The notes below the pieces were generated by a model. The model saw only the letters and a program-made list of their open reading frames with translations. It ran no database searches and was not told the origin of the DNA. Shown here one piece after another: positions 20,027 to 30,369 of a DNA stretch of 59,017 nt. Each line of letters starts with the position of its first letter. Position 1 is the first letter of the stretch. The stretch is taken from the NCBI GenBank assembly GCA_902590125.1, contig CACIVL010000001.1, positions 1 through 59,017 of the forward strand. Direction: 5' to 3'. The position numbers and the translations under genes were made by a program. This DNA comes from an uncultured Pelagibacteraceae bacterium. Lineage in GTDB: Bacteria; Pseudomonadota; Alphaproteobacteria; Pelagibacterales; Pelagibacteraceae.

Positions 20027-23023
20027 ATGCCACAAGATTATAGATTAGATAAAATTGGTTTAATTAATAGAAATAAAAAAATTTCATTTAAATTTAATGG
20101 CAAAAGTTATTTTGGATATGAAGGTGATACGCTTGCTTCTGCGTTAATTGCAAACGGCGTTCATCTTGTTGGAAGAAGTTTTAAATATCACAGGCCAAGA
20201 GGTTTTTTTGGTGCTGGCGTAGATGAACCATACGCTATAGTTCAATTATATAGAAACAATGAAACCGATCCTAATGTTCGAGCTACAGAACAGGAGCTTT
20301 TTGAAGGATTAGAAGCAAAAAGTGTAAATTGTTGGCCAAGTGTAAATTTTGACATAGGAGCTATAAATAATTTTTTAAATAAATTTTTTCCAGCTGGATT
20401 TTATTATAAAACTTTTATGTGGCCAAAAAGCTTTTGGTACAAAGTTTATGAGCCATTTATTAGGAAAGCGGCGGGTTTTGGCGTTGCATCAATAAAACAT
20501 GATAAAGAACGGTATGAACATAAGTATGAATATTGTGATTTATTAATTACAGGTTCAGGCCCATCAGGTTTAGCAAGCGCATATGCTGCAGCAAAAAATG
20601 GAGCAAGAGTAATTTTAGCTGAAGATAAACCAAGATTTGGAGGAAGTTTATTAACTAGCGAAGTTAATATTGGAAATCAAAGTGGAAAAGAATGGGCAGA
20701 AAATATTGTGAATGAGCTTAAAGAAATGCCTAATGTGATAGTTAGAAATAGAGCACAAGTCTTTGGTTATTACGATCATAACATGTTGGTAATGTCAGAA
20801 AGAATAAACGATCACTTGCCAAAATCAAAAAAATATAGTCCCAAACAAAGACTCTGGTACATTAGAGCTAAAGAAGTTGTAATTTCTTCAGGCTCAATTG
20901 AAAGACCATTAGTTTTTGGAAACAATGATACGCCTGGAGTTGTATTGTCTTCGGCAGCAAAAGAATATTTAAAAGTTTATGGTGTTTTGGTTGGTAGAAA
21001 TCCACTTATATTTACTAATAATGACAGTGGATACGAAACTGCTATTGAGTTTAAAAAAAATGGAATATGGCCGATAATTTTAGACACAAGAAACAATCCT
21101 AATTCTGAAATTGTGGATGAAGCAAAAAGAATGGGAATTGATATAAAGTTTTCTTATGTAGTTGTAGCTGCAAAAGGATACAAAAAAGTAAAATCAGCTG
21201 AAATTGCAAAAATATCAGAAGACAAAAAAGAATTAGGAGCAATTGAAAATATTAATTGTGACTGTATATGCGTTTCTGGCTTTTGGACTCCAACAATTCA
21301 TTTGGCATCTCAATCAGGAAACAAAACAAAATTTAATGAAGAAATAGATGCCTTTGTTCCTGGTAAATCTAAACAAGAAGAAACAACAGTTGGATCAGCA
21401 AATGGAATATTTACTTTAGAAGAAACTTTAAAAACATCATTTGAAGCTGGTCATCAATTATCAAAAAAAATAACTAAAAATGATAACAAAGTTTCCATTC
21501 CAAAAGTTGTTGAAAAAAAATTGACAAAACATGATAAGTTTTGGTGTGTTCCACTTCCTAAAGGAAAAAAATATAAAAGATTTTTGGACTTTCAAAATGA
21601 TGTTGCTGTTACTGATGTAGAGCTTGCTTTAAGAGAAGGATATAGGTCAATAGAACATGTTAAGAGATATACCACGTTAGGCATGGCAACTGATCAAGGT
21701 AAAACAAGTAATCTTAATGGATTACAACTTGTATCTGATGTTGAAAATAAAATAGTACCATCTGTTGGACATACAACTTTTAGACCTCCTTATACTCCTG
21801 TTACTATTGGTGCTATTGTTGGAAGAGAAGTTGGTAAGCATTCAAAACCAACTAGAAAATCACCAATACACTCATGGCATGAAAAACATAATGCTGTTTT
21901 TGTTGATGCAGGTGTTTGGTTAAGACCTAGATATTATAAACAAGGTAGTGAAGGTTTGTTCGAAGCATCAAAAAGAGAAGCAGAAAATGTTAGAAAAAAT
22001 GTTGGTGTATGCGATGTTACTACATTAGGAAAAATTGACGTTAAAGGACCTGATGCAGCAGAATTTTTAAACAGAGTTTATACAAATGCATGGTTAAAAC
22101 TCCCTATTGGAAAAGCAAGATATGGAGTAATGCTACGCGAGGATGGAATTGTAATGGACGATGGTACCACAACAAGAATTTCAGGAAACCATTATCATAT
22201 GACTACTACTACTGCACAGGCGGCTAATGTTCTATCTCATTTAGAATATTATCTACAAGTTATTTGGCCTGAATTAAATGTAAATGTTGTATCGACCACA
22301 GAACAATGGTCTGGAGCTGCAATTGCAGGACCAAAATCTAGAAATGTATTACAAAAATTATTTCCAAACATAGATGTTTCAAACGAAGGCTTACCATTTA
22401 TGGGATATGTAGAAGGTGATTTATTTGGTGTTCATGCAAGAATTTTCAGAATTTCTTTTTCAGGTGAACTTGCTTATGAAGTAAACGTTGAGTCTAATAA
22501 CGGAAATTATATGTGGGAAAAAATAATTGAGATTGGTAAAGAATTTTCAATTCAACCATATGGAACAGAAGCTTTGTCCACATTAAGAATAGAAATGGGA
22601 CACGTTGCCGGATCAGAATTAGATGGTAGAACAATACCTTATGACAATGGGTTGCAAGGACTACTAAGTAAAAAGAAAGACTTTATTGGAAAAAGATCAC
22701 TAAGCAGACAAGCCTTTGTTGCTGAAGACAGACAAAAAGTAGTAGGGGTTGTTCCTCTTGATAAAAAAACAAGCATTCCAGAAGGATCTCATTTAGTTAA
22801 AGAAGAAAAAGCAAAACTACCAAATCCAAAACTAGGTCATGTTTCAGCTTCATGTTGGAGCGTAGAATATAATAACCCTTTTTCTTTAGCCATACTTCAT
22901 GATGGAAAAAATATGATTGGTCAAAAATTATTTGCTTTATCGCCATTAAAAAACAAATCAATACCGGTTGAGATTGTTTCATCGCATTATGTTGACCCTA
23001 AAGGAGAAAGAGTGAGATCATGA
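20027..23023 (+). CDS. soxA: Sarcosine oxidase-family alpha subunit
   Basis: GDTLASAL, RSFKYHRPRG, KRYTTLGMATDQGK, C-terminal GcvT-like domain (RISFSGELAYE). Confidence 0.93.
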   Translation: MPQDYRLDKIGLINRNKKISFKFNGKSYFGYEGDTLASALIANGVHLVGRSFKYHRPRGFFGAGVDEPYAIVQLYRNNETDPNVRATEQELFEGLEAKSVNCWPSVNFDIGAINNFLNKFFPAGFYYKTFMWPKSFWYKVYEPFIRKAAGFGVASIKHDKERYEHKYEYCDLLITGSGPSGLASAYAAAKNGARVILAEDKPRFGGSLLTSEVNIGNQSGKEWAENIVNELKEMPNVIVRNRAQVFGYYDHNMLVMSERINDHLPKSKKYSPKQRLWYIRAKEVVISSGSIERPLVFGNNDTPGVVLSSAAKEYLKVYGVLVGRNPLIFTNNDSGYETAIEFKKNGIWPIILDTRNNPNSEIVDEAKRMGIDIKFSYVVVAAKGYKKVKSAEIAKISEDKKELGAIENINCDCICVSGFWTPTIHLASQSGNKTKFNEEIDAFVPGKSKQEETTVGSANGIFTLEETLKTSFEAGHQLSKKITKNDNKVSIPKVVEKKLTKHDKFWCVPLPKGKKYKRFLDFQNDVAVTDVELALREGYRSIEHVKRYTTLGMATDQGKTSNLNGLQLVSDVENKIVPSVGHTTFRPPYTPVTIGAIVGREVGKHSKPTRKSPIHSWHEKHNAVFVDAGVWLRPRYYKQGSEGLFEASKREAENVRKNVGVCDVTTLGKIDVKGPDAAEFLNRVYTNAWLKLPIGKARYGVMLREDGIVMDDGTTTRISGNHYHMTTTTAQAANVLSHLEYYLQVIWPELNVNVVSTTEQWSGAAIAGPKSRNVLQKLFPNIDVSNEGLPFMGYVEGDLFGVHARIFRISFSGELAYEVNVESNNGNYMWEKIIEIGKEFSIQPYGTEALSTLRIEMGHVAGSELDGRTIPYDNGLQGLLSKKKDFIGKRSLSRQAFVAEDRQKVVGVVPLDKKTSIPEGSHLVKEEKAKLPNPKLGHVSASCWSVEYNNPFSLAILHDGKNMIGQKLFALSPLKNKSIPVEIVSSHYVDPKGERVRS

Positions 23024-23607
23024 CGTCAATATCAGTATTAAAAAATGTTCATAAAAAAGGTCTTTTTGGTGATCATGAAAATAAAAATGAAGATAGTTTA
23101 ATAAAAGTTTCTGAGAGAAAAAACCTAATAATTTTTCAAATAGTCCAGTATAAAAGTTCATCCATTTCAATAAAAGATATTAATATTGACGGACTTACTT
23201 TAAATGACGAAACATTAAAAGTAAGCAACAACAATGATACTAGGATTTTATGGTGTGGCCCAAAAAGTTGGCTTTTGGTATCTTCAAAAAAAGATTTATT
23301 AAATTCTATTAATTCATTATTTAAAGAGAGTGATTTTGCAATTACAGACTTATCTCATTCAAGGGCTATAATTGAATTAGAAGGAAATAACTCAGTAGAA
23401 GTATTAAAAAAAGGCTGTCCATTCAATTTCAATGAATTGAAAAAAAACAATTGTGTAAATTCTGTATTTAACGGTATAACAATTACAATTGATATTATTG
23501 AAGACAATCCGAATAAAATAAGATTGTTTGCCCTTAGAAGTTTTGGAGAATCATTGTATCATTCTATTACTGACGCTTCTTTAGAGTTTGGATATAAAAA
23601 TATTTAA
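23020..23607 (+). CDS. soxG: Sarcosine oxidase-family gamma subunit
   Basis: WCGPKSWL, TDLSHSR, LKKGCPF, RSF; ATGA overlap with soxA. Confidence 0.88.
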   Translation: MTSISVLKNVHKKGLFGDHENKNEDSLIKVSERKNLIIFQIVQYKSSSISIKDINIDGLTLNDETLKVSNNNDTRILWCGPKSWLLVSSKKDLLNSINSLFKESDFAITDLSHSRAIIELEGNNSVEVLKKGCPFNFNELKKNNCVNSVFNGITITIDIIEDNPNKIRLFALRSFGESLYHSITDASLEFGYKNI

Positions 23608-23686
23608 ATTTTTAAAAAATATTTTAGTTGATAACTCTTATTTCTAGCTTGAGCTAGCTATTAAAAATATATATCAAAAAATTGTT

Positions 23687-24058
23687 ATGCGAATCGATCT
23701 ATTAAAAAAAATTATAAGCATATCTATAGCTTTTTTATTTTTGAATGGATGCATTGAATCAACAGCTCTTTTGGCTCCTGCAATTACTGCGGGAACTAGT
23801 GGCAATATTTATCAAGCAAGCTTATCTTACGGAACTAACAGAGCTTTTATAAAAACAACTGGTAAATCCCCTATAGAGCATGTTGCAGAGCTTTTAGATC
23901 CAAAAAATGAATATGATGGTGATTTACAATCAATTTTAACAAATAAAACGAAAAGTTTTAACAACAAAGCAAAAAAGACAAAATTAAAGATAAAAAGAGA
24001 GAAAGACGAATTTTTTTTAATAGTAAAAAAAATGCATGAAAAACAAAAATTAAAATAA
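23687..24058 (+). CDS. Hypothetical lipoprotein
   Basis: Signal peptide with lipobox FLNGC. Confidence 0.65.
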   Translation: MRIDLLKKIISISIAFLFLNGCIESTALLAPAITAGTSGNIYQASLSYGTNRAFIKTTGKSPIEHVAELLDPKNEYDGDLQSILTNKTKSFNNKAKKTKLKIKREKDEFFLIVKKMHEKQKLK

Positions 24059-24084
24059 AATGATTCTGATTAATTTACTTTATA

Positions 24085-24552
24085 TTAATCATCTTTCAAA
24101 ATAGACAAGGTCATGTAGCAAGAGTTATGGTCAATTTTATAATGGCCAAAGGGTTCACATTCTTTAAAACCAAAATTTTTGAAAAGTCTTCTAGCAGATT
24201 TAAAGAATTCACCAGATCCAGTCTCAATACTAATCTTTTTTATTTTTAATTTTTTTGCTTCTTCAACAAGGTGAGTGATAATTTTTTCGCCATATCCTTT
24301 ATGCCTGTACTGATCAGTAACTCTTATTGACTTAAATTCCCCATGGTTTTCATTTAAAAATTTTAAAGCTCCGCATCCCACAAGTTTTTCATTTTCCCAC
24401 AGACTCCAAAATTTGATACTTGAATCTTTAAGACCTTCAATATCCAAAACATGAGTACTTCCAGCTGGTGATACTGATCTTAATTCAATGAAGTGGTTTT
24501 TTAGTAATTTATCTACTTCTGGGTTATCAAAATTTCCTTCTATGGATTTCAT
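24085..24552 (-). CDS. GNAT family N-acetyltransferase
   Basis: GCGALK, GEFKSIR, YRHKGYG acetyl-CoA motif, IETGS. Confidence 0.88.
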   Translation of the reverse strand: MKSIEGNFDNPEVDKLLKNHFIELRSVSPAGSTHVLDIEGLKDSSIKFWSLWENEKLVGCGALKFLNENHGEFKSIRVTDQYRHKGYGEKIITHLVEEAKKLKIKKISIETGSGEFFKSARRLFKNFGFKECEPFGHYKIDHNSCYMTLSILKDD

Positions 24553-24559
24553 AAAAGAA

Positions 24560-25792
24560 TTAATTTAGTTTTACTTTAATATGTCTTTTTTTACCAAGTG
24601 AAAGTTTAATAAAATTTTCATTAAACAATTCTCTAGTAATAGAAAATTTTTCATCATTAATTGCTTGATTATTTATTTTAATACCTTTCCCTTTTATTAA
24701 TCTTCTAATTTCACTTTTAGAACTTTCTAGTTTAGACAAAACTACTAGATCAATAATATTAATTTTTTCATTTAATTTTTTTTGATCAATTGATATTGTT
24801 GGAAGACTTGATCCAGTTGAATTTTCCTCAAAAGTTTTTCTTGCAGTTTCTTCAGCCAACTTTGCTTCATTATTACCGTGAAGCATTTTTGTACATTCAT
24901 TAGCTAATATTATTTTTAATTGGTTAATATCTTTGTTTTTAATTTCTTCAATTTTTTTTAATGTTAAATCGGTAAACATTTTTATAAATCTTAATACGTC
25001 TTTGTCATCCGTATTTCTCCAAAATTGCCAGTAATCATATGGAGATAAAAGTTTTTTATCTAGCCATATAGCTCCTTTTTCTGTTTTGCCCATTTTAGAT
25101 CCAGAAGCTAAAGTAATTAGAGGAGTTGTTAATCCAAAAACTTGTTTACTAGAATGTCTTTTAATAAGGTCTACTCCGTTAACTATGTTTCCCCATTGAT
25201 CTGAACCACCTATTTGCATTAAACAGTTTTTATTTTTACTTAGTTCAAGAAAGTCATAAGCTTGCAAAATCATATAATTAAATTCCATGTAACTTAAAGA
25301 TTGTTCTCTATCCAGTCTAAGTTTAACACTATCAAAGCTAAGCATTTTGTTAATTGTAAAATGTTTTCCAATTTCTCTTAAAAATTTTATGTAATTTAAT
25401 TTACCAAGCCATTTATAATTATTCACAAATATTGGTTTGATTTTTGTGTTATTGGTTTTTAAATAAATTTTAAAAACTTTTTCAATATTTTTTATATTTT
25501 TTTCAATTTCTTTTTCTGACAAAATTTTTCTTGTTTCCTCTTTCCCTGAAGGGTCACCAATACGTGTTGTACCTCCTCCAAGTAAAACAATAGGTTGGTG
25601 CCCATGTTTTTGTAGTAACCTTAGACACATTATTTGCAATAAACTTCCAACATGTAAACTTGAGGCTGTGCAATCAAATCCAATATAGGCTCTGATTTTT
25701 TTTTTATTCATTAATTGTTCTAATTCATCAGAATTAGTACATTGATTAAAATAATCTCTTTCTTTAAATTCAGATAAAAATGAATTTTCCAT
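24560..25792 (-). CDS. tyrS: Tyrosine--tRNA ligase
   Basis: YIGFDCTASSLHVG, QIGGSDQWGNI, KMGKT, C-terminal S4-like domain. Confidence 0.97.
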   Translation of the reverse strand: MENSFLSEFKERDYFNQCTNSDELEQLMNKKKIRAYIGFDCTASSLHVGSLLQIMCLRLLQKHGHQPIVLLGGGTTRIGDPSGKEETRKILSEKEIEKNIKNIEKVFKIYLKTNNTKIKPIFVNNYKWLGKLNYIKFLREIGKHFTINKMLSFDSVKLRLDREQSLSYMEFNYMILQAYDFLELSKNKNCLMQIGGSDQWGNIVNGVDLIKRHSSKQVFGLTTPLITLASGSKMGKTEKGAIWLDKKLLSPYDYWQFWRNTDDKDVLRFIKMFTDLTLKKIEEIKNKDINQLKIILANECTKMLHGNNEAKLAEETARKTFEENSTGSSLPTISIDQKKLNEKINIIDLVVLSKLESSKSEIRRLIKGKGIKINNQAINDEKFSITRELFNENFIKLSLGKKRHIKVKLN

Positions 25793-25851
25793 ATTTTTTT
25801 AAAAACAGTGTAGAATCAATATACTAGATTTAAATTATTTAAAAAATACAT

Positions 25852-26979
25852 ATGAGTAAAAGCTACTACAGTCTAGGGTTGATGAGTGGTACTTCAATGG
25901 ATGGAGTAGATGCTTCAATTATTCAATCAGACGGAAAGAGTAAATATAAAGCAGTTTTAGATAGATATTTTCCCTATCCTAAGACCATTTATGAAAACTT
26001 AACTAAACTTAGAGGTAAGATAAGAAGGTCAAAAGATCTCAGAAAAAACCAAAAACAAATAAAATCGCTTGAAAAAAAAATAACAATTTTTCAGGCAAAA
26101 ATGGTCAATGAAATTTTAAATAAAACAAAAACAAATGTAGATTTTGTAGGATTTCATGGCCAAACTATTTTTCATAATGCCGAAGAAAAAATTTCTAGAC
26201 AATTAGGTGATGGAAAACTTTTATCACATTTAACTAAAAAAAAGATCATTTACGATTTTAGACAAAATGATTTAAAAAATGATGGAAATGGAGCTCCATT
26301 AACACCAATATTTCATAAATTAATTGCAAAAAAAAAAAAAATTAACTTACCTGTTAATTTTTTAAATTTGGGTGGTATAGCAAATGCCACTTATATAAAA
26401 AACCATAAACTAAACTCTATTTTTAGTTATGATGTTGGGCCAGGAAATTGTCTGATCGATGCGTGGATTAGAAAAAAAACAAAAAAAAAATATGATGATA
26501 AAGGTTCAATAGCCAAAACTGGAAAAATTAATGAAATAATTTTGGCTGCTATACATTTTTATTTTAATTTTATCGAAGGAAAACATGAAAAAACCGGGCT
26601 ACCTAAACGTTCACTAGATATTAGCGATTTTCATTTAACTGATGATTTTAAAAAATTATCTTTAAAAGATGGGGCTGCGACATTAACAGAATTCACTTCT
26701 AGAGAATTAGATTTTTTTATCAAAAACACAAAAAAAAATAAGGAAAAAATAATTTTATGTGGAGGAGGTAGAAAAAATAAATTTTTAATAAAAAAACTAA
26801 AAAATAAAAATAAAAATATCAAACTCATTGATGATTATGGTATTGATGGAGACTTTGTCGAGTCTCAAGCTTTTGCTTATCTTGCTATTAGATCTTATCT
26901 TAAATTACCAATTTCATTTCCTAAAACTACAGGATGTAAAAAACCATCCACTGGTGGCGTAATAGTAAAAAATTTTTAA
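25852..26979 (+). CDS. anmK: Anhydro-N-acetylmuramic acid kinase
   Basis: GLMSGTSMDGVD, GFHGQT, NLGGIAN, DVGPGN, CGGG. Confidence 0.93.
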   Translation: MSKSYYSLGLMSGTSMDGVDASIIQSDGKSKYKAVLDRYFPYPKTIYENLTKLRGKIRRSKDLRKNQKQIKSLEKKITIFQAKMVNEILNKTKTNVDFVGFHGQTIFHNAEEKISRQLGDGKLLSHLTKKKIIYDFRQNDLKNDGNGAPLTPIFHKLIAKKKKINLPVNFLNLGGIANATYIKNHKLNSIFSYDVGPGNCLIDAWIRKKTKKKYDDKGSIAKTGKINEIILAAIHFYFNFIEGKHEKTGLPKRSLDISDFHLTDDFKKLSLKDGAATLTEFTSRELDFFIKNTKKNKEKIILCGGGRKNKFLIKKLKNKNKNIKLIDDYGIDGDFVESQAFAYLAIRSYLKLPISFPKTTGCKKPSTGGVIVKNF

Positions 26980-27632
26980 AAAAGAGTTGTTTCTTTTTTA
27001 ATATATTTGTCTAAGGATTTTATTAAAGCATCACTAGATTTTGTAAAAAAATGGTTTGCATCAGGTATCATTTGAAAGTCCACTTTAATTCCTTTTTGTG
27101 CACTTAATCTTTTATTTAATTCTTTTATATAATCTTGAGGAACTAATTCATCTTTTTTTCCATAGATTATTAAACCAGATGAAGGGCAAGGTGATAAAAA
27201 GGAAAAATCATAAACGTTTGGCTGAGGAGAAATTGACACAAATCTATTTATTTCAGGTCTTCTCATTAATAACTGCATTGCAATTAATGAACCAAAAGAA
27301 AATCCAGATATCCAACATTGAGAATTTTCAAAATTTTCTTTTTCCAACCAATCTAATGTAGCGGCTGCATCTGCTAATTCTCCTTGTCCATTATCGAATT
27401 CACCATCACTTTTTCCTACACCTCTAAAATTAACTCTACATACAGAAAAATTATTCTCCATAAATGTATGAAAAGTATCTACAACTACTTTGTTATTCAT
27501 AGTACCTCCATATTGAGGATGAGGTTGTAAAATTAGCGCAATAGGAGATGTGTTTTTTTTACTTTTGTAATACTTAGCCTCAAGTCTTCCAGCCGGTCCA
27601 GGTATAAATACTTCAATTATTTTATTATCCAT
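26976..27632 (-). CDS. Alpha/beta hydrolase (type commonly found next to iscR)
   Basis: PHPQYGGTMNN, NFRGVGKS, GFSFG nucleophile, ANHFF. Confidence 0.88.
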   Translation of the reverse strand: MDNKIIEVFIPGPAGRLEAKYYKSKKNTSPIALILQPHPQYGGTMNNKVVVDTFHTFMENNFSVCRVNFRGVGKSDGEFDNGQGELADAAATLDWLEKENFENSQCWISGFSFGSLIAMQLLMRRPEINRFVSISPQPNVYDFSFLSPCPSSGLIIYGKKDELVPQDYIKELNKRLSAQKGIKVDFQMIPDANHFFTKSSDALIKSLDKYIKKETTLF

Positions 27633-27714
27633 ATGTGTAATTGATTATCGTTCTCAAAAAAAAAATACATTTATCATATGTAGATATTTTTTTGTTAATT
27701 ATTTTAATCTAACT

Positions 27715-27739
27715 AAACTTGACTATTTTAGTCAGGTAT
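27715..27739 (+). promoter_or_regulatory. Type 1 IscR operator overlapping the -35 box of the iscR-suf promoter
   Basis: AAACTTGACTATTTTAGTCAGGTAT matches ATASYYGACTRWWWYAGTCRRSTAT at 24/25 positions; TTGACT at 27719-27724, TATAAA at 27741-27746. Confidence 0.85.
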
Positions 27740-27770
27740 GTATAAAAAGCCCATTTATTGAAGGAATTAA

Positions 27771-28196
27771 ATGAAACTAACATCTAGAGGCAGATATGCT
27801 GTAATGGCTTTAGCCGATATAGCAAAATTTGATAGACAAAGACCAGTATCGCTTCGTGATATTTCTTTAAGGCAAAATATATCTTTAGTCTTCTTAGAAC
27901 AAATTTTCTCGAAATTAAAAAAAAAAAATATTGTTAAAAGTATTAGAGGCTCCAACGGTGGATATATCTTATGTAATAATCCTACTGAGGTAAAACTGTC
28001 AAGTATTTTTTCAGCAGTAGATGAAACTGTAAAAACAGTTCAATGTAAAAAAGAATCTAAAAAAGGGTGCAGAGGCAAATCTGCAAAATGCATAACACAT
28101 TATCTTTGGGACGAACTTGAATTGTATATTAATGATTTTTTTGAAAAAAAAAATCTTGGGGATCTTTTGGATAACAACTTAGAAAAAAGAATTTAA
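27771..28196 (+). CDS. iscR: Rrf2-family Fe-S cluster regulator
   Basis: [23 protein letters not shown]; three Cys plus His retained ([12 protein letters not shown]). Confidence 0.9.
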   Translation: MKLTSRGRYAVMALADIAKFDRQRPVSLRDISLRQNISLVFLEQIFSKLKKKNIVKSIRGSNGGYILCNNPTEVKLSSIFSAVDETVKTVQCKKESKKGCRGKSAKCITHYLWDELELYINDFFEKKNLGDLLDNNLEKRI

Positions 28197-28198
28197 AG

Positions 28199-29635
28199 AT
28201 GAGAGAAAAAGAATTAGAAAAAATAAAAGAATATAAATATGGATTTTCGACAGATATTGAAAATATCAGAGCTCCAAAAGGATTAAATAAAGAAGTAATT
28301 AAATTTATTTCAAATATCAAAAAAGAACCTAAGTGGATGTTAGATTGGAGATTAAAAGCATATGATAGACTTCAACATCTAAAAGAACCAGACTGGCAAA
28401 AACCCAAATACCCAAAAATTGATTATCAAAATTTGTATTATTATTCTGCACCTAAAAGCACGAAAGATAAACCAAAAAGCTTAGATGATTTAGATCCTAA
28501 GTTATTAGAAACATATAATAAACTTGGGATAGCATTAGTTGAACAAAAGAGATTAAATAATATTGCTGTTGACGCAGTGTTTGACTCAGTTTCTGTAGCA
28601 ACTACTTTTAAAGAGAAATTAACAGAAAAAGGTATAATTTTTTGCTCTATGTCTGAAGCTATTCAAAAACATCCTGAACTTGTTAAAAAGTATCTTGGTT
28701 CTGTAATCCCTTTAACCGATCATTACTTTGCAACATTAAATTCTGCAGTTTTTACTGATGGTTCATTCGTATACATACCAGAAGGCACACGATGTCCGAT
28801 GGAACTATCAACTTACTTTAGAATTAATGCATCTGAAACAGGTCAATTTGAAAGAACATTAATTATAGCAGAAAAAGGAAGTTATGTTAGTTATTTAGAA
28901 GGCTGCACGGCACCCATGAGAGACGAGAACCAATTACATGCAGCTAATGTAGAGTTAATAGCTCTTGATGATGCTGAAATAAAGTATTCAACAGTTCAAA
29001 ATTGGTATCCTGGCGATGAGAATGGCAAAGGTGGAATATATAATTTTGTAACTAAAAGAGGATTATGTAAAGGTAAAAATTCTAAAATTTCTTGGACACA
29101 AGTAGAAACTGGTTCAGCTATAACTTGGAAATATCCTAGTTGTATTTTAAAAGGAGATAATTCAATTGGTGAATTTTATTCAATAGCAATCACAAATAAT
29201 TACCAAAAAGCAGATACTGGAACAAAGATGATTCATTTAGGTAAAAACACAAAAAGTAAGATAATTTCAAAAGGTATTAGTGCTGGATTTTCAGACATGA
29301 CCTATAGAGGACTTGTTGATATTTCTTCAAAAGCAAAAAATTCAAGTAATTACACTCAATGTGACTCTTTGTTGATGGGCAATAAATGTGGAGCACACAC
29401 TGTTCCATATATTAAAAATAAAAACTCAGAGTCAAATATAGCTCATGAGGCAACAACATCAAAAATAAGTGAAGAACAATTACATTACTGTCAACAAAGA
29501 GGATTAAATCCAGAAGAAGCAGTTGGATTAATTGTTAATGGATTTTGTAAAGAGGTGCTTCAGCAACTACCAATGGAATTTGCAGTTGAGGCTCAAAAAC
29601 TTGTCGGTATTAGTTTAGAGGGAAGTGTAGGCTAA
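28199..29635 (+). CDS. sufB: Fe-S cluster assembly protein SufB
   Basis: [46 protein letters not shown]. Confidence 0.97.
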   Translation: MREKELEKIKEYKYGFSTDIENIRAPKGLNKEVIKFISNIKKEPKWMLDWRLKAYDRLQHLKEPDWQKPKYPKIDYQNLYYYSAPKSTKDKPKSLDDLDPKLLETYNKLGIALVEQKRLNNIAVDAVFDSVSVATTFKEKLTEKGIIFCSMSEAIQKHPELVKKYLGSVIPLTDHYFATLNSAVFTDGSFVYIPEGTRCPMELSTYFRINASETGQFERTLIIAEKGSYVSYLEGCTAPMRDENQLHAANVELIALDDAEIKYSTVQNWYPGDENGKGGIYNFVTKRGLCKGKNSKISWTQVETGSAITWKYPSCILKGDNSIGEFYSIAITNNYQKADTGTKMIHLGKNTKSKIISKGISAGFSDMTYRGLVDISSKAKNSSNYTQCDSLLMGNKCGAHTVPYIKNKNSESNIAHEATTSKISEEQLHYCQQRGLNPEEAVGLIVNGFCKEVLQQLPMEFAVEAQKLVGISLEGSVG

Positions 29636-30369
29636 TGCTAAAAATAAATAATTTAAATGCAAAAATTGAAAATAAGTCAATTTTAAAGGGTTTTTCATTA
29701 AATATTAGTCCTGGTGAAGTTCACGCTATTATGGGTCCAAATGGATCGGGCAAAAGCACACTGTCTAATATTCTATCAGGTAAAAAAGGCTATGACGTTT
29801 CAGGAGAAATACTCTTTGAAAAAAAGAGTTTATTTGAACTTGAAACTGAAGAAAGAGCACACAAAGGTATATTTTTAGCCTTCCAATATCCATTAGAAAT
29901 TCCAGGAGTTAATACAAATATATTTTTAAAAACTTCTCTTAATGCAGTGAGAAAAGCTCGAGGTGAAAAAGAGCTTGATGCAATAGAATTTTTAAAATTA
30001 GTAAAAAAAAAAGCTAAAGAACTAAAATTTGATGAAGAAAAATTAAATAGACAGTTAAATGTCGGTTTTTCAGGTGGTGAAAAAAAGAAAAATGAAATCT
30101 TACAAATGTCAATTTTAACACCTAAGTTGTCAATTTTAGATGAAACTGACTCAGGTTTAGATATAGATGCATTAAAAACTGTTGCTGATGGAGTAAACAC
30201 TTTAAGAAGTAAAAATAATTCTTTTTTAATTATTACTCACTATCAAAGATTATTAAATTATATCAAGCCAGACTTTGTTCATATTTTGATGAATGGAAAA
30301 ATAATTAAATCTGGTGGTCCAGAGCTAGCATTGGAACTAGAAAAAAAAGGTTATGAAAATTTTAATTAA
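29635..30369 (+). CDS. sufC: Fe-S cluster assembly ATPase SufC
   Basis: GPNGSGKST, GFSGGEKK, LDETDSGLDIDAL, ITHYQRLL. Confidence 0.97.
   Translation: MLKINNLNAKIENKSILKGFSLNISPGEVHAIMGPNGSGKSTLSNILSGKKGYDVSGEILFEKKSLFELETEERAHKGIFLAFQYPLEIPGVNTNIFLKTSLNAVRKARGEKELDAIEFLKLVKKKAKELKFDEEKLNRQLNVGFSGGEKKKNEILQMSILTPKLSILDETDSGLDIDALKTVADGVNTLRSKNNSFLIITHYQRLLNYIKPDFVHILMNGKIIKSGGPELALELEKKGYENFN

Noticed and set aside
23644-23657. CTAGCT-TG-AGCTAG inverted repeat after soxG
   Set aside because: The stem is 6 bp with a 2-nt loop and no U tract, too weak to call a terminator or operator.
26327-26341. Long poly-A runs (e.g. in anmK, iscR and the lactonase) as phase-variation sites
   Set aside because: They encode Lys runs in intact frames and are expected in such an AT-rich genome.
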